Assembly: GCA_023261755.1 (NCBI GenBank)
Contig: JAGDXS010000003.1
Span: 3,153 to 67,152 of the forward strand
Direction of reading: 5' to 3'
From: Thermoplasmata archaeon
GTDB taxonomy: Archaea > Thermoplasmatota > Thermoplasmata > Thermoplasmatales > ARK-15
Length of the DNA stretch: 64,000 bases
Shown here: piece by piece, positions 29,817 through 40,841 of the stretch
How the letters are laid out: the number at the start of each line of letters is the position of its first letter
Position numbering within the stretch: the stretch's first letter is position 1
Notes under the pieces: generated by a model
What the model was told of the DNA's origin: nothing
Database searches by the model: none
Seen by the model: only the letters and a program-made list of their open reading frames with translations
Made by a program: the position numbers and the translations under genes

Positions 29817-32039
29817 CTACCTGAAGTATTGCAAATCCTCCTTCTTTGTGCTTATTTTGGATATCAATTTACCAATTGCATCGTAGTATTTTATACTTTC
29901 CTCGTTCATGGATGGAGGTATCTTTTCAATGGCTTTCTCAAAGTCCTTCATTGTTACAACATCCCTGTTTTCTCTGATAGCAAACATTCCAGCTTCTCTG
30001 CAAATATTTTCTATGTCGGCACCCACATAATTATCAAGCCTCTCAGCTATTTTCTTAAGATCCACATCATTTGCCAATGGCATGTTTCTTGTATGTACTT
30101 GTAATATCTTTAGCCTTGCTTCCTTGTCAGGTGGTGGTATATATACCAATCTGTCAAATCTTCCTGGTCTAAGAAGAGCTGGATCTATTATATCCGGTCT
30201 GTTGGTCGATGCGATTACAACAATTCCCTCCATATTTTCAATACCATCCATTGATGTAAGTAACTGATTAACTATTCTTTCTGTAACGCCAGAATCTGAA
30301 TAGTAACCTCTTCTAGGCGCAATTGAATCTATTTCATCTAGGAACACAATAGCAGGAGCGCTCTGCTTTGCTTTCTTAAATATTTCCCTTATTGCTTTTT
30401 CTGACTCCCCTACCCATTTGCTTAGTACTTCAGGACCTTTTATACTTATGAAGTTCATTTCACTTTCTGTAGCTACTGCCTTTGCAAGTAACGTTTTACC
30501 AGTTCCTGGAGGACCATAAAGCAATATACCTCTTGGTGGTCTAATACCAAGTTTTTTAAACCTCTCTGGATTCTTTATAGGTAATTCGACTGCTTCCTTA
30601 AGTTCTTGCTTCACATCTTCCAAACCACCTATATCATCCCACTTTACATTTGGTACTTCTATTAGAACACCGCGCAGTATACTTGGTTCAATATCCTTAA
30701 GCGCTTCCTTGAAATCCTCTTTCTTTACTACCATCTTTTCAAGCATTTCAACTGGAATTGGCTTATCTAGATCTATTTCAGGAAGATATCTCCTTAAGGC
30801 GTGCATTGCAGCTTCCCTTGCAAGTGCAGCAAGATCTGCACCGACAAATCCATGAGTCATTGATGCAAGTTCATCAAGGAATTTGTATTTTTCTTCATCC
30901 GTCATGTCAAGCGGCATTAATCTTGTGTGTATTTGAAGTATCTCCAGCCTGCCTTTTTTATCTGGAATGCCTATTTCAATTTCTCTATCAAACCTTCCAG
31001 GCCTTCTTAATGCAGGATCTATTGAATCTACAAGATTAGTAGCTCCTATTACTATTACTTGACCTCTTTCTTTAAGACCATCCATAAGGGTAAGCAATTG
31101 AGCTACTACCCTTCTTTCTACTTCCCCTTGAACTTCTGCCCTCTTAGGCGCAATTGAATCTAATTCATCTATGAATATTATGGATGGAGCATTTTTTTCT
31201 GCCTCGTCAAATTTGTCCCTCAGGAATTTTTCACTTTCACCATAATATTTGCTCATTATTTCAGGGCCATTAATAAGGTAAAAGTTTGCACCTGATTCAT
31301 TTGCAACAGCTTTTGCAATGAGTGTTTTGCCTGTACCTGGCGGTCCATAAAGAAGAACACCCTTCGGGGGCTTTATACCAAGCCTTTCAAACATTTCTGG
31401 ATGTTTAAGAGGAAGTTCAATCATTTCCCTTACTTTTTGAAGTTCTTCTGAGAGACCTCCTATATCCTCGTAAGTTACCCTTCCTGTTTCTGATATATAC
31501 TCTTCAACAGGCTCTTCTTTGACTGTTATTTCAGTATTTTCCTTTATTACAAGAACGCCCTTAGGTTGAGCCCTCACCACTTTAAATTTCAAGCCCGTTC
31601 TCCCTATGAGTGTGAGACCAGGAATAATTAAAATATCACCTTCAACGATTGGCCTGTTCAATAATGCCCTTCTTACAAATTCCTCAATGCCCTCTCCCAA
31701 TCTAAGCCTCTGATCCTTTTCTATCAAAGGTGCAAATGTAACAGATTTTGCAGGTTGATAATTCGCCTTGGCAACTATTACCTTATCACCCAACGTTACA
31801 CCTGCATTCCTACGAATATCACCATCAATTCTTATGATTCCTTTTCCCTCGTCTTCAACGGGGACCCTGTAAACCTTAGCAGCTGTTGTTTTTTTGCTTG
31901 TAACACCTGTAATTGTTATAATTTCCCCTACCTCTATGTTGAGCTCTTCTCTTGACTGTGAATCTATCCTGGCCCTTCCTAGGCCAACATCCATTTGAGG
32001 AGCTTCATGTACTCTCAAAACTACCTCTTTCTTTTCCAT
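29817..32039 (-). CDS. cdc48: Cdc48/VCP-like AAA+ ATPase (VAT)
   Basis: An N-terminal double-psi-barrel-like domain is followed by two AAA modules (both GPPGTGKTL, with DELD/DEID Walker B). It is 740 aa. Confidence 0.9.
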   Translation of the reverse strand: MEKKEVVLRVHEAPQMDVGLGRARIDSQSREELNIEVGEIITITGVTSKKTTAAKVYRVPVEDEGKGIIRIDGDIRRNAGVTLGDKVIVAKANYQPAKSVTFAPLIEKDQRLRLGEGIEEFVRRALLNRPIVEGDILIIPGLTLIGRTGLKFKVVRAQPKGVLVIKENTEITVKEEPVEEYISETGRVTYEDIGGLSEELQKVREMIELPLKHPEMFERLGIKPPKGVLLYGPPGTGKTLIAKAVANESGANFYLINGPEIMSKYYGESEKFLRDKFDEAEKNAPSIIFIDELDSIAPKRAEVQGEVERRVVAQLLTLMDGLKERGQVIVIGATNLVDSIDPALRRPGRFDREIEIGIPDKKGRLEILQIHTRLMPLDMTDEEKYKFLDELASMTHGFVGADLAALAREAAMHALRRYLPEIDLDKPIPVEMLEKMVVKKEDFKEALKDIEPSILRGVLIEVPNVKWDDIGGLEDVKQELKEAVELPIKNPERFKKLGIRPPRGILLYGPPGTGKTLLAKAVATESEMNFISIKGPEVLSKWVGESEKAIREIFKKAKQSAPAIVFLDEIDSIAPRRGYYSDSGVTERIVNQLLTSMDGIENMEGIVVIASTNRPDIIDPALLRPGRFDRLVYIPPPDKEARLKILQVHTRNMPLANDVDLKKIAERLDNYVGADIENICREAGMFAIRENRDVVTMKDFEKAIEKIPPSMNEESIKYYDAIGKLISKISTKKEDLQYFR

Positions 32040-32099
32040 TTTAATTCACCTCGGTTATTAGCCATTAGTTATCAACGAATAGTTAAGAAGTACTACTAT

Positions 32100-32525
32100 T
32101 TAAATGTTTCCCAATTCCTTTAACCTCTTGACCATTTTAATCGCGCTGTGCACAGCTTCTCTTGCCTTTTCTATTCTTTCCTGAGCCTGTAACCTAGTTT
32201 CTCCATGCCCTGTTATACCTAGGGCAACAGGTTTTCCATATTCAACCTGAAGATCTTCTATTTTCCTTGCTGCATTTTGCATGATTATTTCATCATGCTC
32301 TGTTTCACCTTCTATCACTGCTCCCAATGTTACAACAGCATCTATTTTTGGCATTTCAAGAAGCTTTTTTACACCTAGGGGTATTTCAAAGGTTCCTGGA
32401 ACTAAAAGTATTTGTGATACTTCTGCTCCAAGAAATTCAGCTTCCACTTTTGCTCTTTCTAGCATCATCATGGTTATATCGAAATTGTATTCCGAAACTA
32501 CCAAACCAAGTTTTATTTTTTCCAT
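32100..32525 (-). CDS. ribH: 6,7-dimethyl-8-ribityllumazine synthase
   Basis: It matches the short archaeal form (141 aa), with motifs LGLVVSEYNFDIT and VPGTFEIP. Confidence 0.85.
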   Translation of the reverse strand: MEKIKLGLVVSEYNFDITMMMLERAKVEAEFLGAEVSQILLVPGTFEIPLGVKKLLEMPKIDAVVTLGAVIEGETEHDEIIMQNAARKIEDLQVEYGKPVALGITGHGETRLQAQERIEKAREAVHSAIKMVKRLKELGNI

Positions 32526-32559
32526 ATATTACACCTCTTTTTAATTTAAATTTTTTATA

Positions 32560-33489
<930 letters not shown>

Positions 33490-33496
<7 letters not shown>

Positions 33497-34173
33497 TTTT
33501 CCACCTTTTCGATTATTTCTTTTCCTTCTATGAATGGATAATTATGTTCGATTGCATAATTTTTTGCTTTTGCATATGGTAATGATGAACCATCATCTGA
33601 CAACATTTCTACCATCGTTGCAGATGGTATAATACCTGCAAGGATCATTAATGTTGTAGATAATTCTGTATGTCCCCTTCTACCCTTTAAAAGGTTTTCG
33701 GATGCTATCAATAAGTGAACGTGACCTGGCGCTCTGAAATTTTTACCAAATTCAATTTTAGCTTGCTTATCATCCATAGAATCTAAATTTGAAATCAATT
33801 TGGCGAATTCAGAAATTGTGAGTGCTCTGTCTTTATCTGGTATTCCAGTAAATGTTTTTCTATGATTTATAGTAATTGAAAATGAAGATTTTTCATCATA
33901 TGGAATATCGTTTGGATAAAGATATTTGAAAATTTCCATACCACTTTTATTGAAAATGTTTACTAGAAAATCCAGGCCAAGTTTTTTGGCATGTTCATAA
34001 GTCAAAGAAGTGCAAATGAGGCCTCCTCCATACTTTCTCATTTCAAGTATATTTTCTTTTTTTATAAATTGAGAAGGTACAACTATGTCAGTTTCACCCT
34101 CTCTTTTATCTGAATCAAAAATTAATACGGGCGATCCATTTCTTATTTTTTCAAATACTTGTTCATTTAACAT
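33490..34173 (-). CDS. ribB: 3,4-dihydroxy-2-butanone-4-phosphate synthase
   Basis: Motifs DSDKREGETDIV, GGLICT, FRAPGHVHLL and RRGHTE match the family. Confidence 0.85.
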
Positions 34174-34228
34174 AAAGATGCAGAATACAAAACTGTTAAT
34201 TAATTTTTAGTATATACTCAAAAATAGG

Positions 34229-34777
34229 TTAATATTTAGGATTTTTTATCAGTGTTGGCCCATTTCTATCTATTACAAGAAATGAAAAACCTTTCTCCTT
34301 TATACTTTCATAATCATGACCAGCATCAGATTGATATATTGCAAGAAATATAAGTTTTTCTTTGCCAGTGTTTATGCTCCTATGCGCAAAATCAGGTTCA
34401 ACATTAATAATAGCACCTCTGAACATATTGTATGTTTTCTTATCTCCCGATCTGTTTTGAAGAAGTAAAATTCCTTCACCTTGAAAAATAATGTATATTT
34501 CAGCAGCAGATTTTGAATGGAAATGCCCCTTTGTAAAATAATATTCAGGACCTACTTTACCTGGTTCTATCTCTGTAACTGCATATGACAAAGAACCAGG
34601 CAATTCATATTTTGTTTCATATACTTTGTATATTAAAGGATCTTCTTTAATTAATATCTTTTCAACATCTTCTTGGTAATAAAAATAATCCTTGAGATCA
34701 CTTAAATGTCTCTCTTGCAAAACATTAAAATTTTTTATAAAGCCAGATTCAAAGTCAATTATATTAATATTTTCCAT
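34229..34777 (-). CDS. pgiA: Cupin-type glucose-6-phosphate isomerase (archaeal cPGI)
   Basis: It has the cupin metal motif TKGHFHSK...EIY and a second His motif (PDFAHRSINTG). I prefer the ATG at 34777. Confidence 0.7.
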   Translation of the reverse strand: MENINIIDFESGFIKNFNVLQERHLSDLKDYFYYQEDVEKILIKEDPLIYKVYETKYELPGSLSYAVTEIEPGKVGPEYYFTKGHFHSKSAAEIYIIFQGEGILLLQNRSGDKKTYNMFRGAIINVEPDFAHRSINTGKEKLIFLAIYQSDAGHDYESIKEKGFSFLVIDRNGPTLIKNPKY

Positions 34778-34973
34778 ATAAATAGTTATAAAACTCCCAT
34801 ATATCAAAATTTTCTTTACTACCTATAATAATTTTTTAAAATCTAAAGAATTAAAAAAATTATAAATTTTAAAACTAAATATATTTATATAAAAATAGAT
34901 TTTATCTATAAATAATATATATAATAGAAATATTTAAATAATAGGAAGTGCATTATTAATAGGAGGTATAAAA

Positions 34974-35420
34974 ATGATGAATCAACCTTCTGGAGGAATT
35001 TATAACCAACCACCTGATCAACATCAACAGTATCCGCCTACGGCTCCACCTTTTTATCAGCAGAGAAAAAACATATCTGAAATACTTACCAGCGACAGCA
35101 TGATTGTTTTATTCATTATTGGTGGCATATTTCTTGCTTGGCTAGGTTATCTTCTTGGCGTTGTGGGAAGAGGAGTTAACAATGGAACTGGAATTATAGA
35201 AGGCGGTATGATCGTCTTCTCACTTGGTATTACACTTATAATAATAATGCTTTTATTACTAGGCATACTTAGACTAATATTTCCTGCATGGAATAAGCAC
35301 GAAGGAGATCGCTGGGTAAGAGTTTTTACAATATTAGCTGGTGTATCAATCATCATAATTGGAATAGAACTTCTGATGATATTTGGTGCAATATTTTCAG
35401 TATCGTCGTTTTTACCATAA
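34974..35420 (+). CDS. Hypothetical membrane protein with a Pro/Gln-rich N-terminal tail
   Basis: GGAGGT lies 7 nt upstream of the ATG. About 40 aa of P/Q/Y-rich sequence are followed by 3-4 TM segments. No family was recognised. Confidence 0.45.
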   Translation: MMNQPSGGIYNQPPDQHQQYPPTAPPFYQQRKNISEILTSDSMIVLFIIGGIFLAWLGYLLGVVGRGVNNGTGIIEGGMIVFSLGITLIIIMLLLLGILRLIFPAWNKHEGDRWVRVFTILAGVSIIIIGIELLMIFGAIFSVSSFLP

Positions 35421-35466
35421 AAAATTTTTTATTTTTTATTTATATTTGAATATTTTTAATATAAAA

Positions 35467-35817
35467 TTATGAGTTCAATGATTTAATACGCCAGTATATA
35501 AAAACTAGTGATAACAGAATAAAAAATAAAATAACTATAATGTATGATAAATTATATTTAATAATTGTACTTGCAAGTAAAAGACTTACTATACCAAGGA
35601 AATAATAACCCCACACAAAAGAACTAACAATTTTTTTATTTTTAAAAATGGAATGAAGAAGATAAGAAATTATGGAAAATATTATGGAAATAATGCCTAA
35701 AAAAATTAAATCATTGAATTTATTTGGTGGAATTAATATGGCGTAAAAAATCAATATTGAAATTGCCAATATCAAAATTATTGAAATTATGCCGATGAAA
35801 TTTTTTGATTTTTGCAT
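35467..35817 (-). CDS. Hypothetical small polytopic membrane protein
   Basis: It is 116 aa with 4 predicted TM segments. No family was recognised. Confidence 0.4.
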   Translation of the reverse strand: MQKSKNFIGIISIILILAISILIFYAILIPPNKFNDLIFLGIISIIFSIISYLLHSIFKNKKIVSSFVWGYYFLGIVSLLLASTIIKYNLSYIIVILFFILLSLVFIYWRIKSLNS

Positions 35818-35909
35818 AAATGTATTAATATTTTTTCATATTTAAAAATTCTTACAATATGATATAAATTGACGATAAATTAATAAGTTTATGATCATTA
35901 TAATTAATC

Positions 35910-36443
35910 ATGGAAGCCCTGGTAATAATTGATATGATTAATGAATTTGTTAATGGGAAATTTGGATCTGATAGGGCTAAATCTATTGTAGGGAACATAA
36001 AAAAATTAATTGAAATATTCAATGAAAAAAATTTACCTGTTATTTATGCAAAGGATTCACATATTGATGGTGATCCAGAACTCAAAGTATGGGGCAACCA
36101 TGCTATGAAGGGCTCCTTTTCATCCGAAATCATAGATGATTTAAAGCCGGACACAAATGCAATAGTGGTTGAAAAGAGGACATACGATGCATTTTTTGAA
36201 ACTAATTTAAACGAAATTCTTAAGAGCAAAAATGTGGATAAAGTATTTTTTTCAGGAGTAAGTACAGACATATGTGTATTGCATACTGTTGCACATGCAT
36301 TCTTCCTTGGTTATGAAACTTACATAGTAAAAGAATGCACTGAATCGATTAAAGAAAGTAATAAAGACTTTGGTTTAAAATACATGAATAACATTTATGG
36401 TACAAAAATAATAAGCATAAAGGAAATAGGTGAAATTTTATGA
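35910..36443 (+). CDS. pncA: Isochorismatase-family hydrolase, nicotinamidase-like
   Basis: Motifs ALVIIDMINEF, K...D.H and the catalytic Cys context GVSTDICV are present. It overlaps the NAPRT gene by 4 nt. Confidence 0.7.
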   Translation: MEALVIIDMINEFVNGKFGSDRAKSIVGNIKKLIEIFNEKNLPVIYAKDSHIDGDPELKVWGNHAMKGSFSSEIIDDLKPDTNAIVVEKRTYDAFFETNLNEILKSKNVDKVFFSGVSTDICVLHTVAHAFFLGYETYIVKECTESIKESNKDFGLKYMNNIYGTKIISIKEIGEIL

Positions 36444-37615
36444 AATTTTATATTTCAAGTGAAGATGATATACTTTCGGGTAAAACAACAGATGTTTATT
36501 TTTTAAGGACAATGGAAATTCTAAAAAAAGAAAATGTTCATAAAAAAGTAGTTGCAGAAGTAACCACCCAAGATCAGCATAATGAATGGATTGTTTTTTC
36601 AGGTCTTGAAGAAGTTGCAAATCTATTAATTGGAAAAAAAATCAATCTTAGGTCGGTTAAAGAAGGGTCAATATTTACGCCATTTGATCAGCATGGAATT
36701 CCAGTACCTGTAATGGATGTGGAAGGTGATTATCAAAATTTTGCTATTTATGAAACACCTTTGCTTGGTTTAATTTGCCAGGCTTCTGGGATTTCAACAA
36801 AATCAGCGAGGTTCAAAAAATTGATTGGGAATAGAACTTTATTATCATTCGGTGTGAGAAGGATGCATCCTGCAATAGCACCTATGATAGATAGATATTC
36901 ATACATTGGAGGCTGTGATTTTGTTTCAAGTGTGATAGGTGCTGAAAAACTTGGTTTAAAACCTAGAGGAACCATGCCACATGCCCTTATTCTTGTATTG
37001 GGTGAAGAAAATGCCTGGAAAAAATTTGATGAAGATCTGGATCCAAGCGTACCGAGAATAGCTCTTGTAGATACCTTTGGGGATGAAAAATTCGCATCAA
37101 TAAAGGCAGCAGAATTGGTAAAAAATTTGAGTGGGATTAGGTTAGACACGCCATCATCTAGAAGAGGAAATTTTGCACACATCATAAGGGAAGTTAAATG
37201 GGAGCTTTCTATTAGAGGTTATAAGAATATTGAGGTAATAGTTTCAGGTGGAATTAAGGAGGAGAATATTAAAGAGTTAATGGATGCTGGTGCAGATGGT
37301 TTTGGAATCGGTACCACAATTTCCAGTGCTTCTACAATAGATTATGCAATGGATATTGTTGAAATCGATGGCAAACCTATTGCAAAAAAGGGAAAATTTG
37401 CAGGAAAAAAGGACGTATATAGATGCGAAAACTGTGGTACTTATTCCGTGGTAAAACATGGCTCAAATGCACCAATATGCGAAAAATGTGGCTCTGAAAT
37501 GGTGAATGCAATGGAAACAGTTATAGAAAATGGTTCATTAAAAGTTGATTTACCGGATGCAAAAAATATAAGGGAATATGTTCAAAAACAACTAAAATAT
37601 GTTTCAATTGATTAA
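36440..37615 (+). CDS. pncB: Nicotinate phosphoribosyltransferase, archaeal type with C-terminal zinc ribbon
   Basis: The ~390-aa length matches the Thermoplasma enzyme. Motifs are GTMPHALI, RLDTPSSRRG and SGG. The C-terminus reads CENCG...CEKCG. Confidence 0.8.
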   Translation: MKFYISSEDDILSGKTTDVYFLRTMEILKKENVHKKVVAEVTTQDQHNEWIVFSGLEEVANLLIGKKINLRSVKEGSIFTPFDQHGIPVPVMDVEGDYQNFAIYETPLLGLICQASGISTKSARFKKLIGNRTLLSFGVRRMHPAIAPMIDRYSYIGGCDFVSSVIGAEKLGLKPRGTMPHALILVLGEENAWKKFDEDLDPSVPRIALVDTFGDEKFASIKAAELVKNLSGIRLDTPSSRRGNFAHIIREVKWELSIRGYKNIEVIVSGGIKEENIKELMDAGADGFGIGTTISSASTIDYAMDIVEIDGKPIAKKGKFAGKKDVYRCENCGTYSVVKHGSNAPICEKCGSEMVNAMETVIENGSLKVDLPDAKNIREYVQKQLKYVSID

Positions 37616-37663
37616 AATTCATCTTAAAAAAATTTAAAATAATTTTATTAATTAATTCTTGTC

Positions 37664-38374
37664 ATGAGTAAAATATTGGTAATTTCAGATTTGCATGGTA
37701 ATTATGATGCATTAAATTCCATTCTTTCAGAAGATTTTGATTACCTCATTGTTTCAGGTGATCTTACAGATTATGGTCCTGAACCTCACCTGGTAATTGA
37801 TGAAATAAAAAATAAAGCTAATTTCGCTGTAATGGGTAACCATGATTCTGCTAATGGATTTAATATTGATTGCAGATGTTCTGAAAAGTTTCATGATCTA
37901 TCCGTTTATACAAGAGATTATTACAAAAAATTTCTTTCAGATGAACATATTAAATTTCTAAGATCACTACCACTTTTTAAAAATTTTGAGATTGATGGAA
38001 TAAAGTTCACAATGGTTCATGCATCTCTGGAGGATTATCTATACGATTATGTATTACCATCCGTTAGTGATGTTGATTTAATCAAAAAATTCAAAAATTC
38101 AACCTCTGATTTTGTAATTTTTGGCCACACACATTTGCCAATGTGGAGAAAATTGAATTCAACAATATTTATAAATCCTGGAAGCGCTGGTCAGCCCAGG
38201 GATGGAAACTGGAAAGCATCATATGCAACAATAAATACCAATGACAAATCATTTAATATAAAAAGAATAAAATATGATGTTGAAAAAACGATAAAAAAAA
38301 TAAATTCACTTGATATGAAAAATGATATAAAAGAATTGCTTATAAATATTTTAATGAAAGGTGGATCTTTCTGA
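37664..38374 (+). CDS. Metallophosphoesterase, YfcE/MJ0936-like
   Basis: Motifs SDLHGN, SGDLTDYG, GNHD and GHTH are present. Confidence 0.75.
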   Translation: MSKILVISDLHGNYDALNSILSEDFDYLIVSGDLTDYGPEPHLVIDEIKNKANFAVMGNHDSANGFNIDCRCSEKFHDLSVYTRDYYKKFLSDEHIKFLRSLPLFKNFEIDGIKFTMVHASLEDYLYDYVLPSVSDVDLIKKFKNSTSDFVIFGHTHLPMWRKLNSTIFINPGSAGQPRDGNWKASYATINTNDKSFNIKRIKYDVEKTIKKINSLDMKNDIKELLINILMKGGSF

Positions 38375-38377
38375 TGC

Positions 38378-38524
38378 TTATGTTCCTTTCCTTTCTTTTC
38401 TCTTTGGCCTCAAGCCTGTATAACCACATCTTCTGCATCTCGTGGCATTTGGTGGGTTCTTAGCATAACATTTCATGCATATTTTTTTATTCAATTTTCT
38501 ATTAACAGCTTCAGCGAATGTCAT
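38378..38524 (-). CDS. rpl40e: 50S ribosomal protein L40e (48 aa; below the ORF-track size cut-off)
   Basis: My hand translation of the minus strand gives [48 protein letters not shown]. It contains the CxxC...CxxC zinc ribbon and the GLRPK tail typical of L40e. GAGGT lies 9 nt upstream of the ATG. Confidence 0.85.
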   Translation of the reverse strand: MTFAEAVNRKLNKKICMKCYAKNPPNATRCRRCGYTGLRPKRKERKGT

Positions 38525-38555
38525 TTAAATCATACCTCACATGCTTAATTAATAT

Positions 38556-39314
38556 TTAATCTTTTTTTCTTAAAAAGAAGATACCCATAATAATGAATAT
38601 TAAGCCAATAAATATACCTATTATTGAATATATTATAGCATCAGAATTTAATAAATTCACGCTTGTTAATGAACCGAATGAAATAAATGAATTTGATTCA
38701 ACAGTGCCATTACTGTTCTGAAGGATCTGATAAAAAGATTCCTCAGTTCCGTTGCTGGATGAGATGTAAAGTGATTGATTATTTGATGAATATTTAATTC
38801 TATTGAAACCAACAATTCTTGATTTTGCATGTATATTCAAAACATCTTTTAATGTAGTTGAATTGCTAATATTTCCTTTAACCAAATGTTCAAATATTAT
38901 TATAGATTCCTGGTTTGGCCCATTAATTATTATATTAATAAGAAGACCATATCCTGAATAATTGAACATTTTCTGTCCATTTAAAATAAAATAATTTATA
39001 TTTATTTTATCTTCGTAAAAATTTGAAGTCATTTTATAATTCATTACTCCATTCTTTAGGGTAAGAAAGCTAGAATGCCACATTATGTCCTTTAAAAATA
39101 TTTGACCTCTGTTTCCAAAAAGAATAGATGATATTATTAAATTATATTCAGTTCCATTTAAGTTAATTGATACGAAAGGATAATCTTTTGAGAATATAAT
39201 TGAAATATTATTTTTTTCAATTTTAATTGAGTGGATATTCTCAAAAACTGATGCCTGAGAAATTGATGAAAGAAAAATAAAAATTGTTAAAATTATGATG
39301 ATAAATTTCTTCAT
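38556..39314 (-). CDS. Hypothetical surface-anchored protein (signal peptide, Asn-rich ectodomain, C-terminal TM anchor)
   Basis: The N-terminal signal is MKKFIIIILTIFIFLSSISQA. The C-terminus is a TM segment plus the basic tail RKKD. About 9 N-x-S/T sequons are present. It overlaps the upstream gene by 4 nt. Confidence 0.5.
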   Translation of the reverse strand: MKKFIIIILTIFIFLSSISQASVFENIHSIKIEKNNISIIFSKDYPFVSINLNGTEYNLIISSILFGNRGQIFLKDIMWHSSFLTLKNGVMNYKMTSNFYEDKININYFILNGQKMFNYSGYGLLINIIINGPNQESIIIFEHLVKGNISNSTTLKDVLNIHAKSRIVGFNRIKYSSNNQSLYISSSNGTEESFYQILQNSNGTVESNSFISFGSLTSVNLLNSDAIIYSIIGIFIGLIFIIMGIFFLRKKD

Positions 39315-40258
39315 TTTTTCACCATCCTGTTAATAACAAAAGCACCTGAAATTGTTACCACTAAAATAATTGAAATTAAAATTATGAATGGCAAATTCTC
39401 GAAAATTAAATTATTTTTAGGCATATTCAAGCCGGCCAAAGATACAAGATATACAAATGTGCCGTTTATATTGCTCTCATTGTATGTGAATTGATCATTG
39501 TCTAAGACGCTAGAAAGTTGAGACTCTTTAAAATTTACGTTGTTTATTTCAATTTTCAAAGGATTACTTAAATTTTCCATAATAATTATTAAAAAGCCAT
39601 TTTCTTCTGTGAAATTTAAATTCAGGGAAAATAGATTATTTATGATTTTAAATGATAATATTCCTATGGATGAATTAACAAAATCAGAAGTAATATTCCC
39701 ATTATTAAAATAGAGATAACCATCAAATTCATTGGACATAATATACTGGCTCATATATCCCATTGTATTATTTATTTCAAGAAATATTTTTATATAAAAA
39801 TTATTAAATGTTGTTATATATACAGTAGAATTTAAAATGGATATATTTGCATTATTAACAAAAGAAACACAATTTATGCTATCTATTAAAAAACCATTAA
39901 ATGAAATTGATTTATAAATGGTAGTATTATTATTAAAATTAATTAATATTTTGTAAATACCTTTCCCCTCAATATCTATAATAGGGGTTTTAATGTTCAT
40001 TATCTTTAACTTAAAATCTTTTGAAATAAAATCATTAACTATTTTGTTATTTAACCAATTTCCATTTAAATTTGGAAATATATTAATCGATTTAATCAAT
40101 ATTTTATTTTCATAGGATAAATTTAGAATATTTCCGTCGTATGTTCCTTGAAAATTTACATAATTTCCATTATTTTTTAAATTGTTTCCTGTAGCTATTG
40201 AATAAACGATTCCAGGCGAAATGATTAAAATAGTAATTATTAATGCTAGAAGTTTCAT
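39311..40258 (-). CDS. Hypothetical surface-anchored protein (signal peptide, Asn-rich ectodomain, C-terminal TM anchor)
   Basis: The N-terminal signal is MKLLALIITILIISPGIVYS. The C-terminus is a TM segment plus NRMVKK. About 12 N-x-S/T sequons are present. Confidence 0.5.
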   Translation of the reverse strand: MKLLALIITILIISPGIVYSIATGNNLKNNGNYVNFQGTYDGNILNLSYENKILIKSINIFPNLNGNWLNNKIVNDFISKDFKLKIMNIKTPIIDIEGKGIYKILINFNNNTTIYKSISFNGFLIDSINCVSFVNNANISILNSTVYITTFNNFYIKIFLEINNTMGYMSQYIMSNEFDGYLYFNNGNITSDFVNSSIGILSFKIINNLFSLNLNFTEENGFLIIIMENLSNPLKIEINNVNFKESQLSSVLDNDQFTYNESNINGTFVYLVSLAGLNMPKNNLIFENLPFIILISIILVVTISGAFVINRMVKK

Positions 40259-40342
40259 TTTACTTAATTATTATTTTCATACTATTTTAGATTTTTTGTA
40301 CAATTATTTAAAAATGATTTTTTGAACATTTAAATAAAAAAT

Positions 40343-40707
40343 TTATGATAAAGATACTATTTCGGGCTCATTTTTTATATCATCAACAATAATAGCAGTT
40401 CCATTAGCTACCATTTCATTCATATAATTGCTAAGTTCCGAAGTATCAAATCTTATTTCTATTATAGCATTTGCACCAAGTTCTTTAGCAGCTTGCTTTA
40501 GTCTTTCCATGGCTGTATTTCTTGCATCGGAAAGCATTTTTGTGTATATCCCTATTTCAACCCTTTGCCCAGGATCTGAATATTGCAGCAATATTCTGTC
40601 CAATTCCCCTGCTTCTAACGGTTATGCCCCAATATAGGGCCTATTACCTTTGCTATCCTTTTTCCAGGAACATAGTTCATCGAAACCATTATTATATCAT
40701 TTTCCAT
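40343..40707 (-). pseudogene. YbjQ/UPF0145-family gene interrupted by two +1 frameshifts
   Basis: Three consecutive frames carry the family sequence. The first is MENDIIMVSMNYVPGKRIAKVIGPILG, which stops after HNR. The second is ITVRSRGIGQNIAAIFRSWAKG. The third is EIGIYTKMLSDARNTAMERLKQAAKELGANAIIEIRFDTSE... The first shift is at the C4 run at 40627-40630 and the second lies around 40556-40585. Confidence 0.6.
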
Positions 40708-40841
40708 AATATATATAATGTTCTAACATATAATATCTTTACCAAAATCTATTTATATTTTTTATGGCTTTAAATTTTTAATTGCTTGTATATGCAATTA
40801 ATAAAAATAATGTTTATATATTAATTACTTAATTAAGAATT

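Noticed and set aside
36748-37185. A 145-aa minus-strand ORF inside the NAPRT gene
   Set aside because: It is a shadow ORF. The plus-strand frame carries the conserved NAPRT motifs, and the antisense product has no recognisable features.
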